This document shows positions 1 through 9,917 of a DNA stretch of 64,000 nt, piece after piece (within the stretch, counting starts at the first letter, position 1; each line of letters starts with the position of its first letter). The position numbers were made by a program, and so were the translations under genes. Origin of the DNA: an uncultured virus (IMG/VR IMGVR_UViG_3300034104_005052) (Duplodnaviria > Heunggongvirae > Uroviricota > Caudoviricetes); IMG/VR virus record IMGVR_UViG_3300034104_005052, positions 1-64,000 of that record; one strand, written 5' to 3'. The notes beneath the pieces are model-generated. The model did not search any database and was not told the DNA's origin. It worked only from the letters and a program-made list of their open reading frames with translations.

Positions 1-3000
1 GGGGTTATAACTGGTGGAGTGGCAACAGATGTTGTGCGAACGGGAAATGAAATAAGAATAGACAATACTGGTGTAGTGGAGTTCAATGGTATAGTCGGAG
101 GGGCGACTCTTACTGGTGACTCAGGTGCTGTTCAAGGTAAAGGTAACAATAGAATCACAGTTCGTATTGCATCCGATGCATTAACAGGTGTTGCTTCGTT
201 TGATCCTAGTCACTTTACAGTTGGTACTTCAGGGCATGTAAGAAGTAAAGGTGTCATAACAATTAATAATCAGGCACCCGATGCAAATGGTAATTTTGAA
301 GTTGCATCTTCAACAACTACAGTGAATGGTGTCACAGGAATTGGTTTTGGTAATGACATTGGTTTGACTGGAAAGATCAACCTGACTGCTGGTTCAGGAA
401 TTTCAATCAGTCAAAGTTCTAGAACAATAACTTTCAGTAATACGGGTATTACGGGGGTTAGGGCTAAAAGTAATAGTGCTCCTGATGATTTTATTCACAC
501 TGGACTTTTAGTTATAACTGGTGGAAATGCTGTAAGTGTATTGAGTACAAACACAAATCAGATAAGTATTGATCTTAAGTCAGGATACCAAGTCACAGGT
601 GATACAGTAGTTGCAGGATACGGTATTGATGTTGTTTCTAGCAACAACCAAAAGACAATCAACAACAGAGGTGTCACCAGTTTCAATGGATTGACAGGGA
701 ATGTTACTTTAACTGGTGATGGTCAAGCGATTCAAGGTAAAGGTAACAATACGATTACTGCTCGTATTGCAACTACTGCGTTAACTGGTGTTGCTTCATT
801 TGATCCTAGTCACTTTACAGTTGGTAGTACAGGACATGTAAGAAGCAAAGGTGTCATAACTATTAATGGATCCTCACCTGATGTAGATGGTAATTTTACA
901 GTTGCATCTGCTACTGTTGTTACAGGTGATGGTGGTGCAATTCAAGGTAAATCAGATGCTTATATTACTGCTCGTATTGCAACTACTGCGTTAACTGGTG
1001 TTGCTTCATTTGATCCTATATTCTTTGGTATTGGTGCTTCAGGACATGTTCTACTTGCTTCAGGATACCAAGTCACTGGTGATACAGTTGTTGCAGGATA
1101 CGGTATCAATATTGTTTCTAGCAACAACCAAAAGACAATCAACAACAGAGGTGTCACCAGTTTCAATGGTTTGACTGGTAATGTCACTTTAACTGGTGAC
1201 GGTCAAGCGATTCAAGGTAAAGGTAACAATACGATCACAGTTCGTGAAGCAACCAATTCTCTAACTGGTGTTGCTTCATTCAACTCAAATCACTTCAGCG
1301 TAGTAAGTGGTGCAGTAAGTCTTGCTTCAGGAGTCACTGGTGATACAGTTGTTGCAGGATACGGTATTGATGTTGTTGCTGACGGCAAAACAAAGACAAT
1401 CAACAACAGAGGTGTTACTAGTTTCAATGGATTGACAGGGAATGTTACTTTAACTGGTGACTCAGGTGCTGTTCAAGGTAAAGGTAACAATAGAATCACA
1501 GTTCGTATTGCATCCGATGCATTAACTGGTGTTGCTTCATTTGATCCTAGATTCTTTGGTATTGGTGCTTCAGGACATGTTCTACTTGCTTCAGCATACC
1601 AAGTCACTGGTGATACAGTAGTTGCAGGAGACAATATTACAATAACAAGAGATGGTAACTCAGTTACTGTAAATTCAAATTCTGCATCTTCAACAACTAT
1701 AGTAAATGGTGTCACAGGAATTGGTTTTGGTAATGACATTGGTTTGACTGGAAAGATCAACCTGACTGCTGGTTCAGGAATTTCAATTAGTCAAAGTTCT
1801 AACACAATAACTTTCAGGGGTATTACTTCGTTCTACGGTCTAACTGGTCCCACCAGTGGAAATTTCCCAAAAGGAATTTCGGGAGCAGGACAAACTGGTG
1901 ATCGTTTGCTCATCGCCACAGGACCACCAGCAGATCCATTTAGAAATTACATAAGATTTGGAAATGCGTGGTTCCAAACAGGTGTTGTAGGAACTCAATC
2001 GAACAATGTTCGTATTGCATCCGATGCATTAACAGGTGTTGCTTCATTTGATCCTAGATTCTTCGGTATTGGTGCTTCAGGACATGTTCTACTTGCTTCA
2101 GAGTATCAAGTCACAGGTGATACAGTTGTTGCAGGATACGGTATCAATATTGTTTCTAGCAACAACCAAAAGACAATCAACAACAGAGGTGTTACTAGTT
2201 TCAATGGATTGACAGGGAATGTTACTTTAACTGGTGACGGTCAAGCGATTCAAGGTAAAGGTAACAATACGATAACAGTTCGTGAAGCGTCAACATCAGT
2301 TACAGGTGTTGCTTCATTCAACTCAAGTCACTTCAGCGTATCAAATGGTGCAGTAAGTCTTAAGTCAGAGTATCAAGTCACTGGTGATACAGTAGTTGCA
2401 GGATACGGTATCAATATTGTTGCTAGTAACAACCAAAAGACAATCAACAACAGAGGTGTCACCAGTTTCAATGGATTGACAGGGAATGTCACTTTAACTG
2501 GTGATGGTCAAGCAGTTCAAGGTAAACTTAATAATACGATAACAGTTCGTGAAGCGTCAACATCGGTCACAGGTGTTGCTTCATTCAACTCAAATCACTT
2601 CAGCGTATCAAATGGTGCAGTAAGTCTTAAGTCAGAGTATCAAGTCACTGGTGATACAGTTGTTGCGGGATACGGTATTGATGTTGTTGCTAGCAACAAC
2701 CAAAAGACAATCAACAACAGAGGTGTTACTAGTTTCAATGGTCTTACTGGTAATGTCACTTTAACTGGCGACTCAGGTGCTGTTCAAGGTAAAGGCAACA
2801 ATAGAATCACAGTTCGTATTGCATCCGATGCATTAACAGGTGTTGCTTCGTTTGATCCTAGTCACTTTGCAGTTGGTAGTACAGGACATGTAAGAAGTAA
2901 GGGTGTCATAACAATTAATAATCAGGCACCCGATGCAAATGGTGATTTTACAGTTGCATCTGCTACTGTTGTTACAGGTGATGGTGGTGCAATTCAAGGA

Positions 3001-6000
3001 AAATCGGACGCTTATATTACTGCTCGTATTGCATCCGGTACATTAACTGGTGTTGCTTCATTTGATCCTATATTCTTTGGTATTGGTGCTTCAGGACATG
3101 TTCTACTTGCTTCAGGATACCAAGTCACAGGTGATACAGTAGTTGCAGGATACGGTATCAATATTGTTGCTAGTAACAACCAAAAGACAATCAACAATAC
3201 GGGTGTCACTAGTTTCAATGGATTGACGGGGAATGTTACTTTAACTGGTGACTCAGGTGCAGTTCAAGGTAAAGGTAACAGTAGAATCACAGTTCGTCAA
3301 GCAACTAATTCTCTAACAGGTGTCGCTTCATTCAACTCAAGTTACTTCAGCGTATCAAATGGTGCAGTAAGTCTTTCAGGACCATTTCAAACTCCTGTAT
3401 TTGCAAATAGTACATCGGGATCGATTGAATCTTTATCTGTCCATTCAGGAAAAGCATTCATATCAACTCCAATCAGAACAAACTTGATCAAGCACAGTCA
3501 AGATTATGTTAGTGGGGTTTGGAATGTGTATTCGTCTGCTGTTGCTTCAAGTTTAGGTAATACAACTAATGGTTGGCCTAATGGTTCAACAGGTGGAATT
3601 CAAATTGCTTTTTCTGCTGTACCCAACGCCAACAACGGAATCTATCAAGTAATTCCAGATGTTGAAAATAATCAAGACTATACAGTTTCATGTTGGGCTA
3701 GATCAGATACAGGAGAAGGCAAAGCAAGATTTAGTTATTATGATGGCTCTACAAGTTATTTCTCTTCTGATTTCTTACTAAGCACCACTCCACAAAGAGT
3801 TTCATTTACATTTAGAACTAAATCAAGCGATGTTGGTTCAAATGTTGCTTTTGGTAATGGATCGGGTAATAGTGTAGGTACTGTTTACGCTTGGGGATTC
3901 CAACTTGAAAAGGGATCTGTTGCCACAAGTCCAATTCATAATGATACAGGATTATCAAAGAGTTCTGTTGCTGAAATAATTGCTATAGGTGATACTGCTC
4001 GTATTGCATCCGGTACATTAACTGGTGTTGCTTCATTTGATCCTATATTCTTTGGTATTGGTGCTTCAGGACATGTTCTACTTGCTTCAGGATACCAAGT
4101 CACAGGTGATACAGTAGTTGCAGGATACGGTATCAATATTGTTGCTAGTAACAACCAAAAGACAATCAACAACAGAGGTGTTACTAGTTTCAATGGTCTT
4201 ACTGGTAATGTCACTTTAACTGGTGACTCAGGTGCTGTTCAAGGTAAAGGCAACAATACGATTACTGCTCGTATTGCATCCGGTACATTAACTGGTGTTG
4301 CTTCATTTGATCCTATATTCTTTGGTATTGGTGCTTCAGGACATGTTTTACTTGCATCGGGATACCAAGTCACAGGTGATACAGTAGTTGCAGGATACGG
4401 TATCAATATTGTTGCTAGTAACAACCAAAAGACAATCAACAATACGGGTGTCACTAGTTTCAATGGTCTTACTGGTAGTGTCACTCTAACTGGTGATGGT
4501 GGTGTTATCATAGGTAAAGGTAACAATACGATTACTGCTCGTATTGCATCCGGTACATTAACAGGTGTTGCTTCGTTTGATCCTAGTCACTTTACAGTTG
4601 GTACTTCGGGACATGTAAGAAGTAAGGGTGTCATAACAATTAATAATCAGGCACCCGATGCAAATGGTAATTTTACAGTTGCATCTGCTACTGTTGTTAC
4701 AGGTGATGGTGGTGCAATTCAAGGAAAATCGGACGCTTATATTACAGCAAGAGTTGCAACAGAAAGTGTTACTGGAGTTGCATCTTTCAACAACAATTAT
4801 TTTACAGTTTCTGCTGGTGGTAGTGTTTCGATCATTGACCCTAAAATAAGTTTTGTGGATTCCGCTGGCCTAAGCACAGATATATACACTCTCGGTATTG
4901 GTGGTAATTACAGATCCATTAAGTTAAACGGTATCGATGGTGTTTCTGTTAAACTGGTGGAGGGCACACCAAATCCAATCAACGAATACACATTCAGAAA
5001 TACGGGTGTCACCAGTTTCAATGGTTTGACTGGTAATGTCACTTTAACTGGTGACGGTCAAGCGATTCAAGGTAAACTTAATAATACGATCACAGTTCGT
5101 GAAGCGTCAACATCGGTCACAGGTGTTGCTTCATTTAACTCAAGTCACTTCAGCGTATTAAATGGTGCAGTAAGTCTTAAGTCAGGAGTCACAGGCGATA
5201 CCGTAGTTGCAGGATACGGTATTGATGTTGTTGCTAGCAACAACCAAAAGACAATCAACAACAGAGGTGTTACTAGTTTCAATGGATTGACTGGTAATGT
5301 TACTTTAACTGGTGACGGTCAAGCGATTCAAGGTAAACTTAATAATACGATCACTGCTCGTATTGCATCCCATACATTAACAGGTGTTGCTTCGTTTGAT
5401 CCTAGTCACTTTGCAGTTGGTACTTCAGGGCATGTAAGAAGTAAAGGTGTCATAACAATTAATAATCAGGCACCCGATGCAAATGGTGATTTTACAGTTG
5501 CATCTTCAACAACTACAGTGAATGGTGTTACGGGAATTGGTTTTGGTAATGATATTGGTTTGACTGGAAAGATCAACCTGACTGCTGGTTCCAATTCAGG
5601 AATCTCAATCACTGGTGGCATAAATGACATTGGTGGTACTAATGTTCGTCAAGTAACTATTACAAACACAGGTATCACGGGGATTAGGTTTCTAACTGTA
5701 TTTGATGGAAACGATTCATATAAAACTGGTGCCATCACAATAACAGGATCTCAATACATATCGGTATCTTCCAATGATGGTACAACTATCGCAATAGTTA
5801 ATCAAGGTGTGTCCACACTTAACGGTCTCGTGGGTGCAAGAACTCTTACTGGCGACTCAGGTGCAGTTCAAGGTAGAGGCAACACTAGAATCACAGTTCG
5901 TGAAGCAACCGATTCTCTAACAGGTGTTGCTTCATTCAACTCAAATCACTTCAGCGTATTAAATGGTGCAGTAAGTCTTAAGTCAGGAGTCACTGGTGAT

Positions 6001-6990
6001 ACAGTTGTTGCAGGATACGGTATTGATGTTGTTGCTAGCAACAACCAAAAGACAATCAATAATAAAGGTGTTACTAGTTTCAATGGTCTTACAGGGAATG
6101 TTACTTTAACTGGTGATGGTCAGGCTATTCAAGGTAAACTTAATAATACGATAACCGCAAGAGTTCCAAATGATTGCGGAATTACCGGTGTCGTTGGTAT
6201 TAAATGCAGTAGTGGACTTGGTATCAATTCAGATGGTCTTATCTATCTTGACAGCGGGAGTCCTTGTATATCCTGCTTTGGTCTAGATGAATCTTTGTGT
6301 TTAGGACCAGATTGTGAATGGTGTGGAACTGAAAATCAATGCATTTGCCTAGGCCAATCTTGTGATGATATTATTGTTGGTCCTGGCCTGTTTCGAGCAA
6401 CAAATTCCGGTATGGGAGCATCTGCCAATTCAGATGGATCTTTGGCATATTTGTATTTGGATGTCAATAACCTTGCGACAATGGGTTCTACGATTGAATC
6501 AACAGATTCAGTTTTATTCTTCGATGCTAGTGAACCGGGTTTAATCAAAACCAAAAAGGCAAATGTTAGCAAGTTGATTTTGGATAATGACAACTTGTTT
6601 GAAAGTAAAACTCCAAGTCAACTCACAAGAAACACAAAATCATCAACAATAGAATTCTCTGTGGTTCTTGGTTCAATTGCACCCAATCAACAAGGATTGG
6701 TCAAGGGGGCTAGCGCACACGAATATATTGCACAAAACACGGTCAGATCCTTAAATGGAATGACAGGTGATCTTGAGTTCATGATTAATGGATGCACAGG
6801 TAGTGGAAGCGGAAAAATAACAATAACAGGAACTCAAAATGAAGTTAATGTTTCGACATCCTGTCCAACAATAGTCATAGGTCTTCCCGATAATGTAATG
6901 ATTCCTTATATTAGTGTTTCAGGAGCAACATTCACCGAAACCGTAAGTGCAAGTCTGTTTATTGGAAGTATCGTTGGAGGAACCTTCTAA
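1..6990 (+). CDS. Giant repetitive tail fibre protein (5'-truncated, >2300 aa)
   Basis: The frame is open from base 1, so the GTG at 19 is probably not the true start. About 18 copies of a 'TGVASF' module are interleaved with 'GVTSFNGLTGNVTL' repeats. It also has a carbohydrate-binding-like insert, a Cys-rich segment near the C-terminus and a terminal 'GGTF'. Confidence 0.8.
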   Translation, partial: GVITGGVATDVVRTGNEIRIDNTGVVEFNGIVGGATLTGDSGAVQGKGNNRITVRIASDALTGVASFDPSHFTVGTSGHVRSKGVITINNQAPDANGNFEVASSTTTVNGVTGIGFGNDIGLTGKINLTAGSGISISQSSRTITFSNTGITGVRAKSNSAPDDFIHTGLLVITGGNAVSVLSTNTNQISIDLKSGYQVTGDTVVAGYGIDVVSSNNQKTINNRGVTSFNGLTGNVTLTGDGQAIQGKGNNTITARIATTALTGVASFDPSHFTVGSTGHVRSKGVITINGSSPDVDGNFTVASATVVTGDGGAIQGKSDAYITARIATTALTGVASFDPIFFGIGASGHVLLASGYQVTGDTVVAGYGINIVSSNNQKTINNRGVTSFNGLTGNVTLTGDGQAIQGKGNNTITVREATNSLTGVASFNSNHFSVVSGAVSLASGVTGDTVVAGYGIDVVADGKTKTINNRGVTSFNGLTGNVTLTGDSGAVQGKGNNRITVRIASDALTGVASFDPRFFGIGASGHVLLASAYQVTGDTVVAGDNITITRDGNSVTVNSNSASSTTIVNGVTGIGFGNDIGLTGKINLTAGSGISISQSSNTITFRGITSFYGLTGPTSGNFPKGISGAGQTGDRLLIATGPPADPFRNYIRFGNAWFQTGVVGTQSNNVRIASDALTGVASFDPRFFGIGASGHVLLASEYQVTGDTVVAGYGINIVSSNNQKTINNRGVTSFNGLTGNVTLTGDGQAIQGKGNNTITVREASTSVTGVASFNSSHFSVSNGAVSLKSEYQVTGDTVVAGYGINIVASNNQKTINNRGVTSFNGLTGNVTLTGDGQAVQGKLNNTITVREASTSVTGVASFNSNHFSVSNGAVSLKSEYQVTGDTVVAGYGIDVVASNNQKTINNRGVTSFNGLTGNVTLTGDSGAVQGKGNNRITVRIASDALTGVASFDPSHFAVGSTGHVRSKGVITINNQAPDANGDFTVASATVVTGDGGAIQGKSDAYITARIASGTLTGVASFDPIFFGIGASGHVLLASGYQVTGDTVVAGYGINIVASNNQKTINNTGVTSFNGLTGNVTLTGDSGAVQGKGNSRITVRQATNSLTGVASFNSSYFSVSNGAVSLSGPFQTPVFANSTSGSIESLSVHSGKAFISTPIRTNLIKHSQDYVSGVWNVYSSAVASSLGNTTNGWPNGSTGGIQIAFSAVPNANNGIYQVIPDVENNQDYTVSCWARSDTGEGKARFSYYDGSTSYFSSDFLLSTTPQRVSFTFRTKSSDVGSNVAFGNGSGNSVGTVYAWGFQLEKGSVATSPIHNDTGLSKSSVAEIIAIGDTARIASGTLTGVASFDPIFFGIGASGHVLLASGYQVTGDTVVAGYGINIVASNNQKTINNRGVTSFNGLTGNVTLTGDSGAVQGKGNNTITARIASGTLTGVASFDPIFFGIGASGHVLLASGYQVTGDTVVAGYGINIVASNNQKTINNTGVTSFNGLTGSVTLTGDGGVIIGKGNNTITARIASGTLTGVASFDPSHFTVGTSGHVRSKGVITINNQAPDANGNFTVASATVVTGDGGAIQGKSDAYITARVATESVTGVASFNNNYFTVSAGGSVSIIDPKISFVDSAGLSTDIYTLGIGGNYRSIKLNGIDGVSVKLVEGTPNPINEYTFRNTGVTSFNGLTGNVTLTGDGQAIQGKLNNTITVREASTSVTGVASFNSSHFSVLNGAVSLKSGVTGDTVVAGYGIDVVASNNQKTINNRGVTSFNGLTGNVTLTGDGQAIQGKLNNTITARIASHTLTGVASFDPSHFAVGTSGHVRSKGVITINNQAPDANGDFTVASSTTTVNGVTGIGFGNDIGLTGKINLTAGSNSGISITGGINDIGGTNVRQVTITNTGITGIRFLTVFDGNDSYKTGAITITGSQYISVSSNDGTTIAIVNQGVSTLNGLVGARTLTGDSGAVQGRGNTRITVREATDSLTGVASFNSNHFSVLNGAVSLKSGVTGDTVVAGYGIDVVASNNQKTINNKGVTSFNGLTGNVTLTGDGQAIQGKLNNTITARVPNDCGITGVVGIKCSSGLGINSDGLIYLDSGSPCISCFGLDESLCLGPDCEWCGTENQCICLGQSCDDIIVGPGLFRATNSGMGASANSDGSLAYLYLDVNNLATMGSTIESTDSVLFFDASEPGLIKTKKANVSKLILDNDNLFESKTPSQLTRNTKSSTIEFSVVLGSIAPNQQGLVKGASAHEYIAQNTVRSLNGMTGDLEFMINGCTGSGSGKITITGTQNEVNVSTSCPTIVIGLPDNVMIPYISVSGATFTETVSASLFIGSIVGGTF
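100..6165 (+). repeat. Dispersed near-identical coding repeats (about 60-250 bp modules) inside the giant fibre gene
   Basis: Blocks such as 'actggtgttgcttcatttgatcct' and 'aacaaccaaaagacaatcaacaacagaggtg' recur many times with mostly synonymous differences. Confidence 0.95.
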
Positions 6991-6993
6991 ATA
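6987..6993 (+). promoter_or_regulatory. Late promoter (CTAAATA, variant of T4 TATAAATA)
   Basis: The motif lies 10 nt before the ATG at 7004. The same motif precedes many structural genes, and gp55 and gp33 are encoded in the window. Confidence 0.7.
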
Positions 6994-7003
6994 GGTATAG
7001 ACT

Positions 7004-8392
7004 ATGTCAAAACAAAGCACAATTCAACATTATTTCTCACTCACTCCCGCAGGCGTACCCGCAGGCGCAGGAATGACTTATGGAGAAATTGCCATCAATG
7101 TGGCAGATGAAAAACTATTCATTGAAAATCTAAATGGTGATGTGATTTCCTTATCACAGACCAAAGATCTCTCGGGTGCATTTGCTCACTCAGATCAAGT
7201 CGTGACTTCTGTGAATGGTGTTACTGGTGCCATTACAAATGTTGCCGTTACCAACACAGAACAAACTTTCACGGGATTGCAAACATTTGCAAATGGAATT
7301 TCAGGAGCAGGAGCAACATTTGCAAGTGATATAACGATCCACGGAATTCGTGTTGGAAAGGGAGCAGCAGGAGATCTCAATAGTATAGTGGTTGGAATGT
7401 CTGCATGTCCGGCAGGAACATTCAATGTTGCCATAGGTAGAGAGGCAATGCGTGATTCTGTTAGTGCAATCAATAATGTTGCAATAGGATATCATGCAGC
7501 GAGAGATATTCAAGGAGGAATCAATAATGTTGCTATAGGAGCAAACGCACTAGATGAAAATGAAAATGGCTCTGTTAATGTTGCCATAGGTTCTCTTGCG
7601 CTTTCTGAATCTACAAACAGCAATCAGAATACTGCAATAGGATCATCTTCTCTACAAAACACTACCACTGGATTTAGAAATGTAGCAATTGGTTATCTGG
7701 CTTTAGAAAAGAATACTTCCGGTGTAGCGAATGTTGCAATCGGCCACGCAGCAGGAGCATATCGTGGCGATTTAGATTTTCTTTTTCCAAACGATTTAGA
7801 CAACGAAGACAACAATGTAGGCCCGTTCAACAGAACAACAGGTACTGGCGGAATTTATATTGGCCAGTGGTCAAGAGCATCTGCCAATGGTAATGTAAAT
7901 GAAATTGTGATAGGCACAAATGCTCTGGGTCTTGGATCAAATACAGCAGTCATCGGTGCAACCGCACAAGTTTCCGCAACTATTTACGGAACATTAAATT
8001 TACCCGGTGGTTTAAGTTCATCATCCAATTCTACACTTTCAGGCGTTAGAATTGTAAATGAGGGGATTTATTGGAATGGATCGCAGAGAACTGTTGGGGT
8101 CAGTTTCCTCAACGGCCAAGTTCAAACGCTAACTGGAATTGGTTCGGGCGCAACAGGAATGACTGCAATTTATTTTGTAGATGCGCCTTCGACTGGTGCG
8201 GCATCTGTAACGGTGATCATCACAAACGGTGGGCAAATGACAGGCAATCAAGACTTTTGGAGTTCGAAGATTGAATGGCCTGGTGGCGTGAAGCCATCAC
8301 TATCTTTAGGGGGAGTTGATGTTGTGTCATTCCTAACTGTCGATGGTGGAACAAACATATATGGATTCCTTGGTGGATTGAACTTCTTATGA
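7004..8392 (+). CDS. Tail fibre protein with NVAIG beta-roll repeats
   Basis: N-terminal 'TIQ...GEIAINVADEKLF' fibre attachment motif; tandem ~14-aa 'NVAIGxxA' repeats; C-terminal 'WPGG.KPSLS..GVDVVSF...DGGT..YG' domain typical of phage fibre tips. Confidence 0.75.
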   Translation: MSKQSTIQHYFSLTPAGVPAGAGMTYGEIAINVADEKLFIENLNGDVISLSQTKDLSGAFAHSDQVVTSVNGVTGAITNVAVTNTEQTFTGLQTFANGISGAGATFASDITIHGIRVGKGAAGDLNSIVVGMSACPAGTFNVAIGREAMRDSVSAINNVAIGYHAARDIQGGINNVAIGANALDENENGSVNVAIGSLALSESTNSNQNTAIGSSSLQNTTTGFRNVAIGYLALEKNTSGVANVAIGHAAGAYRGDLDFLFPNDLDNEDNNVGPFNRTTGTGGIYIGQWSRASANGNVNEIVIGTNALGLGSNTAVIGATAQVSATIYGTLNLPGGLSSSSNSTLSGVRIVNEGIYWNGSQRTVGVSFLNGQVQTLTGIGSGATGMTAIYFVDAPSTGAASVTVIITNGGQMTGNQDFWSSKIEWPGGVKPSLSLGGVDVVSFLTVDGGTNIYGFLGGLNFL

Positions 8393-9270
8393 TTGGCGTT
8401 GTAAGAGCAGCATCAACTTCAAAAACAATATACAACTACCAACTCATATCCGAAACACAATTCGGGGCGAGTGCGGGGGCGCAATCATATTCTATTCCCG
8501 CAGGAACTATTTACATTGACATAGAAATGTTTGGTGGCGGTGGCGGCGGTGGAGCGGCAAACTCTTTCACCTTTAATAGAAATACATGGTACAGTGGGGC
8601 AGGCGGTGGTGCTGGAGGTGGTTATGTGAGAGCAAAATATTTTGGTGATGCGGACGGGAAAGATGAGGTGGTTGGTGCTATAACAGGAAATATGCAGGCT
8701 GGAGATACAATACACTTTACTGTTGGTGCGGCTGGTGCAGGAGCCGCTGCAAACGGTGGTTGGGGTGCAAGTGGTGGAGCAACTTACTTACAGTCTCACC
8801 AAAGAAGTGGGACAACAATACTAACATTTGCTGGATTAACTGCATCTGGTGGAGGTGGCGGTCAAGGTGGAAGAGTTGATGGTGGTAGAGCCATTGGAGG
8901 TGCAACTGCTCAATCTGTATCATCTCTTAGCATATATTTTATAGATGGAAGTGCATCAAGATCTGGTGTCGTTGGTGGATTGACATCAACATCAGGAAGT
9001 TTTGGTGGCACTGGATCATCAGGAGCAGTCTCTGGAATAACATCAAGTATTTCTTCATATCAGAATGGCGGTTCGGGCGGCAATTTTGTGACGAACCAAC
9101 AACCTAGAAATGGCACATCAACAATTGATCAGAGACAGTTTCCATACCTATACACCGGTGTTGCTGGTGGTGGCGGTGGGGGTGGTTATAACGAAGCAGG
9201 AACTGGTCTTACTGCTAGACAAGGTGCAACAGGTGGAATTGGTGCAGTTGTAATCAGGGCATATGGATGA
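8389..9270 (+). CDS. Glycine-rich tail-tip/adhesin-like protein
   Basis: Multiple poly-Gly tracts, 'FTVGAAGAG' and C-terminal 'GGIGAVVIRAY'; ATGA overlap with the upstream fibre gene. Confidence 0.65.
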   Translation: MIGVVRAASTSKTIYNYQLISETQFGASAGAQSYSIPAGTIYIDIEMFGGGGGGGAANSFTFNRNTWYSGAGGGAGGGYVRAKYFGDADGKDEVVGAITGNMQAGDTIHFTVGAAGAGAAANGGWGASGGATYLQSHQRSGTTILTFAGLTASGGGGGQGGRVDGGRAIGGATAQSVSSLSIYFIDGSASRSGVVGGLTSTSGSFGGTGSSGAVSGITSSISSYQNGGSGGNFVTNQQPRNGTSTIDQRQFPYLYTGVAGGGGGGGYNEAGTGLTARQGATGGIGAVVIRAYG

Positions 9271-9839
9271 CAAGAATTAAAGTAAATATTCCTGAGGGTA
9301 AGATTGGAGAGTGGTCTATCAAAAAATTTACGGGAGACCACACTACAATCTACAATCAAGCACATAATCAAGAAACAACTAGATTATATCATAATGATAA
9401 TGAAGTATATGATGAATATACATTTCTCATTCATGATGTCTATGGACCAATTATGCAAGACACTATGTCCGAGTACCGTGAACATGAGCCTCTTTGGGGT
9501 GGTGCGACAGGAGATGTTCTTATAGCGGGTCTAGGAATTGGATTTGTCAATCAAAAATTAATAGACAATCCAAATGTAACATCAATAACTATAGTAGAAA
9601 AAAACAAAGATGTGATTGATTTAGTTTGGCCGTATTGTCCTAAAAATCAATCATTTACTTTAGTTCATGCTGATATAGAAACATGGACTCCACCGCAAAG
9701 ATCACATTGGAACTATGCTTGGTTTGATTCTTGGGGAGGCGATAATCAAATGAATTTAACAGATTATCAACAGTTTATCACCAACAAATATCAACCCTAT
9801 TGTGATACCATTGGTGTTTGGAATCCAATACTTTTTTGA
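9267..9839 (+). CDS. Class I SAM-dependent methyltransferase, spermidine-synthase-like
   Basis: Motif I 'DVLIAGLGIG', acidic residue in 'ITIVEKNKDVI', 'HADI', 'AWFDSW'. Confidence 0.8.
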   Translation: MTRIKVNIPEGKIGEWSIKKFTGDHTTIYNQAHNQETTRLYHNDNEVYDEYTFLIHDVYGPIMQDTMSEYREHEPLWGGATGDVLIAGLGIGFVNQKLIDNPNVTSITIVEKNKDVIDLVWPYCPKNQSFTLVHADIETWTPPQRSHWNYAWFDSWGGDNQMNLTDYQQFITNKYQPYCDTIGVWNPILF

Positions 9840-9854
9840 TCTTTTGAATAGTCC

Positions 9855-9893
9855 TTGCTATTAGCACAATGGTGCTGTATCATGGTCTAAATA
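9855..9893 (+). promoter_or_regulatory. Tandem sigma70-like promoter (TTGCTA-17-TATCAT) plus late promoter CTAAATA upstream of nrdJ
   Basis: TTGCTA 9855-9860, TATCAT 9878-9883, CTAAATA 9887-9893; SD AAGGAG before the ATG at 9918. Confidence 0.55.
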
Positions 9894-9917
9894 CACCGCA
9901 CAACCAAGGAGTGAAGT

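Noticed and set aside
960..4526. Repeated minus-strand ORFs (e.g. 960-1187, 3012-3218, 3936-4214, 4239-4526)
   Set aside because: They are antisense shadows of the repetitive fibre gene, with no independent sign of being genes.
100..6165. Possible CRISPR array or diversity-generating retroelement repeats
   Set aside because: The repeats are in-frame coding modules with mostly synonymous variation and no regular repeat-spacer period. There is no adenine-specific template/variable pair and no reverse transcriptase or cas gene in the window.
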